DNA of 64,000 nucleotides from Polymyxa betae A26-41 (Eukaryota; Protista; Endomyxa: Phytomyxea): NCBI GenBank assembly GCA_003693705.1, contig RBZT01000578.1, positions 236,240 to 300,239 of the forward strand, read 5' to 3'. Shown piece by piece: positions 60,441 to 64,000 of this stretch (position 1 is its first letter; each line of letters starts with the position of its first letter). The notes under the pieces were generated by a model. It saw only the letters and a program-made list of their open reading frames with translations, ran no database searches and was not told where the DNA came from. The position numbers and the translations under genes were made by a program.

Positions 60441-60846
60441 ATGTCATCTGGGGCAATAGTACGCCGAGAGACGTCTCGTAGTTCGGGTGTGTTCGAGCTT
60501 CCAGAATCCGGAGCTCAGGCCGAATACACTGTATGGCGTGAATCTGGTTTATCTCAGCTTCTGCTGGAGATCCCTCATACCTTCGTCCCTGTTCAATACC
60601 GTGGGCAAGGTCTCGCCGCTGTCGTCACCAAAGATGCATTTGATTTCGCCAAAAAGCTCGATATGCTTGTGATACCAACCTGCTCATGTGAATCAATGTA
60701 TACTATCTGTTCAGATTATGTTCTAATTTGAATCAGATGTTCATGAAACCTTTCTTCAGAAATACCCAGAACTGGAGAAGATGTGCTATTTTCCGAAAAG
60801 CAGGTCGAAGCTTTCGCCAGCCGAGCTGCCCGCCTCATCACTTTAA
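60441..60846 (+). CDS. NATD1: NATD1/YjdJ-type small GNAT acetyltransferase
   Basis: HTFVPVQYRGQGLA, VIPTCSYV restored across one intron, FLQKYPE. Confidence 0.92.
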
Positions 60847-61210
60847 TCGATTAAAATTGCATTTTACACTTCGTGCATTTATGGCTTTTCTTCTTGTACT
60901 ATCACGTGGAATTGCAGAAAAAACCAACAGAATTCGACATCAGAAATGCCTCTGTTATCACCAATGAATGGAATGATTGAGTTCTAAATCAGTTCTCAAA
61001 AATGACTCAAATCCTGGCCAAGATGAGTTGCCAACAACAACAACCACTGCCGATATTGTGCCCTCAGTTCTGCAGCAATACACATTACATACAGATTTCC
61101 ATCAACAGTTGAGCCAAGCTCTGTATATTACAAACAGTGATTAGAATTGATTCTATACAAACCAATCGCGAGGAAGATCGCGATATTAACATTTGGACTT
61201 CTTCGAATCC

Positions 61211-61999
61211 TCATTTCCTTCCTTTCTCTTTTTTTTTCAACGTCGACACGTTCTTCTTCGATTTCTTTGAATTTTTCTCTTCGTCGCTTTTTCTTTTCTT
61301 CTTAGCAGTCGTAGTTTCTTTCATCTTCGATTTGCTCGATGAATCATCGTCTCGTTTTCTCTTTTTCTTATCTTCACCAGATCCTTTCTTAGATTTTTTG
61401 GACTTTTTTACAGCTAGCTCTTCACTTTGTTCTTTCTTTGACATTTTCGACTTCTTCACTGCCGGCTCTTCCCGATGTTCTGTCTTGGATTTTTTCGACT
61501 TTTTTATACATGGTTCCTCACTAGGTACCTTCTTGTCATCAACCTCCACATGATCGGAATCAATAACAGCCTTCATCGCCATACCAAAAAACGTTGGAAA
61601 AGAGGCATCCTGACGACCGAAAATCTGTTCGCGATCCTTCTCAGAGTAAGCGCGATTGCTCTTCTTAAATCTGGAATAAAGTTGCTGTCGAGATTTATGC
61701 TGCTGAATGGTGGCCGCTGTCGTAACCGGTGTTGAGATAGCCTCACCACCAGATGCCAGCCTCTTTAACAAATCGTTATAGGCAGATGTAGCAGCCGTCC
61801 ACATGTCATCTCGACCAGGATCCTTCTCAGATCCGATCCCTTCCATTCCCTTCCGATGTTTGATCTTAATAATGGAGGTGCTGCCAAGACCAGCTCGGCC
61901 TAAACCAGCGCCCATCTTCCAGCCCATACCTTGCATCAGTTTCAGGCCGATATTGCTCTTTTCCTCATCCCAGAATGAATCCCCATGGCGAGAACCCAT
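61211..61999 (-). CDS. PINX1: PINX1/Gno1/Pxr1 G-patch protein
   Basis: W..EKSNIGLKLMQGMGWKMGAGLG...GIG G-patch, YNDLLKRL, IFG motif, KKE-rich tail. Confidence 0.88.
   Translation of the reverse strand: MGSRHGDSFWDEEKSNIGLKLMQGMGWKMGAGLGRAGLGSTSIIKIKHRKGMEGIGSEKDPGRDDMWTAATSAYNDLLKRLASGGEAISTPVTTAATIQQHKSRQQLYSRFKKSNRAYSEKDREQIFGRQDASFPTFFGMAMKAVIDSDHVEVDDKKVPSEEPCIKKSKKSKTEHREEPAVKKSKMSKKEQSEELAVKKSKKSKKGSGEDKKKRKRDDDSSSKSKMKETTTAKKKRKSDEEKNSKKSKKNVSTLKKKEKGRK
61377..61520 (-). repeat. Three degenerate 48-bp (16-aa) tandem repeats in the PINX1 tail
   Basis: EEPCIKKSKKSKTEHR / EEPAVKKSKMSKKEQS / EELAVKKSKKSKKGSG. Confidence 0.8.
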
Positions 62000-62259
62000 T
62001 ATGGTAGAGCTGGCGATTTAGTCGTACCAGAGAGCAGTTGCCAGAAATGGGCGTCTTGGTTCGAATTCGGTCGAATTCCAAGCTGAATCCGACACGGAGT
62101 CCGCAAACCCTCAAATATCAGTTTAAAAATGTAGAGTAGCTTCTGTTGAAAAATGCGCGCAGTTTTGTTAATGACAAAAAACTGCGCAGCAAAGTGCGAG
62201 CTCATTCTTAAAGTAAAGAGAGACATGAGAGGTAAAAACTGCAATGCTACCGGTTTCAG

Positions 62260-63310
62260 TTAACTCGCTTGCTGGAGCATCATCTTGTTGAAAAGAGTTG
62301 TCATTGTAAACTTGGTGTCCGATTCTGTTTTCCGATCCTCGATGGCTCGTTTTCGGTTTTCAGGCTGCATTGATGCAGTCCGATGACTTTTCTCTCGAAC
62401 AGCAGGCAACAGCATTCTGCAGATCATTCCATACTCCTTGCTGTTGATTATCTCAGATATCCTGGCGAGTATGTTGTTGCGCTTGAGAACCACATTTGAT
62501 GGCAGATTTTACGGGCAGCTCGTAACTGTATGGATGCTTGATTGTCCCTATCCACCTGACCCGAATTGGTCGTTGGAAGTATCAGCTTCCGTAATCAGTA
62601 ACTTATGGACAATCTGGGTTCTCCTAGCCTTTGCCGTCATGATACTGAATTATCAACATTGCTTTCTGGTTGATTCTCCCGTTAACCGTTGAAGCTTTCC
62701 TGAATTCGCTCACAATCTCTTTCCCCTTTTCGATAACTTTTGTTGATACACCTCGAATTTCAACAGAGTCGCTCGCCAGCAGGTTGTTGACCAAGCCAAG
62801 ATGTTTTCTCATTGAGTTCTTTTCTATACCTGAATGTTGGCATCATCAAATGCATCCTTACCTATTCGACACATCCGAGTCTGTATATCTTCAGTTGTAT
62901 AATATCCAATATGTTCAATTCTGTACTTAAATTTGCACCACTGCGATAAGTAGATTGGATTAAGCACCATATTGTCATACAGTCTGCTTTTAATCTCGTC
63001 CTGTATTGCGATGTGAGTGATGCATCAATACACAAATTTGTTAACAACTCATTGATCGTGTGCTATAGGGGCAGCGCCAGCATTTCATGTAAATAGGATT
63101 ATGGACGTTGATTTCCTGTGGAGGTTCGAGGTTATTCTCTGCCAGGTTGGTCCAGTACGTCGTTGGTCATGACCAAGGTTACTTAATCCGTCTGGCGTAA
63201 CGACCTCAGCAGTATTTCCCGCCTTCTTGGACCGAATGTAGCGTCGTTGATCAACTTCACAGTTGTGGCGACGAATGCCACTTCAACAAGATCGCGACGT
63301 TCCATATTGA
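62260..63310 (-). CDS. Multi-exon hypothetical protein (5' end unresolved)
   Basis: Successive minus-strand open blocks (62862-63047, 62624-62812, 62260-62493) with intron-sized gaps; no recognisable motif. Confidence 0.45.
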
Positions 63311-63664
63311 TTGCATCTGATATCCGGTAGCCGCTGATCACAATTCGTCACACTACCTGATTCAATCGCAATAGCTTGCAGCTGATCGCGTCTCGTGTTT
63401 CATTGGGTTGGTAGAGCCCTCCATGTGACGTTTTGGTCAAGTCGTCATGACACTCAATACCAAAAATCCTGAGTCTGGCAGATTCATCATCCGATCACAT
63501 TCCTATTCTTTGCATTGTAGTTTCTACAACTGCTAATTTCCAAGACAATGTTGCTATCCGTTTCGTTTGCTTTGGTTTCCATACATTAATGACTGGCATG
63601 TATGCTCGTGTAAACAAAGACCAAAAAACCGTTTTATTGCAACAAGTACCACATCAAGGACCTT

Positions 63665-64000
63665 TCATTGCAATAATAATAAACCACTAACAATCATGAT
63701 CTTTGTACGAAGAGCAAGAACTTTCAATGCAGGCAGAAGCGTGATCGCGACACAGGATAATAGTAGAGCACAGCCACAGACGATAACCAGAACAAGGACT
63801 CCAGTGCTTGATTGCGATTTTTCAGCCTTTTCGAGCGGTTGCGCGATGTTCCCATCGGTACTTGATGCATCAACATTGAAGTGGTCGGAGACTTGTGAGT
63901 CAGTAGAAACTCGTTCTATCTGTTCGCATTCAACAGATGGATCAGTAGAATTGTCATCATTGACGTGATCAGAAACTTGTGGTTCTTTATCAGCAGCATT
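63665..64000 (-). CDS. 3' end of a gene entering from the right edge: acidic repeats plus C-terminal TM
   Basis: Open frame from the window edge: PQVSDHVNDDNSTD..SQVSDHFNVDASSTD..GVLVLVIVCGCALLLSCVAITLL..MIVSGLLLLQ*. Confidence 0.65.
   Translation of the reverse strand, partial: NAADKEPQVSDHVNDDNSTDPSVECEQIERVSTDSQVSDHFNVDASSTDGNIAQPLEKAEKSQSSTGVLVLVIVCGCALLLSCVAITLLPALKVLALRTKIMIVSGLLLLQ

Overview
This is eukaryotic nuclear DNA, not prokaryotic. It is very gene-dense (about 36 genes in 64 kb, moderate GC), and most genes are split by short spliceosomal introns of about 43-60 nt, so the ORF track shows exon fragments rather than genes. This organisation and the gene content (FAM149-like, secreted orphans) suggest a compact flagellated protist, possibly a plasmodiophorid-type parasite; that assignment is inference only. 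Housekeeping genes recognised by manual splicing and motifs: MSP1/ATAD1, UBC6, RluA-type pseudouridine synthase, calmodulin, SF3B6, PQ-loop transporter, SerRS, ASF1, UBE3D, RNPS1, SRP40/Nopp140, VPS13, DHCR24, CHMP1, CDC20, syntaxin-6, PRPS-like, ARMT1, MUTYH, ZW10, NATD1 and PINX1. No rRNA, tRNA, CRISPR array or transposase was found. The most unusual items are: (1) two genes encoding bacterial YbjN/T3SS-chaperone-like folds, one apparently a tandem single-chain dimer; (2) a homeodomain missed by the ORF track and apparently spliced to a very large helical solenoid; (3) an intronless Rai1/DXO-like pseudo-nuclease with three acidic catalytic residues replaced; (4) a mitochondrion-targeted PRPP-synthetase-like protein lacking catalytic residues; (5) a short-bridge VPS13 carrying four C2 domains; (6) a DUF5880-like (algal-virus-shared) protein with an acidic tail; (7) secreted LRR-like and GPI-anchored orphan proteins. 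All family calls come from recognising motifs by eye, and exon models are manual.
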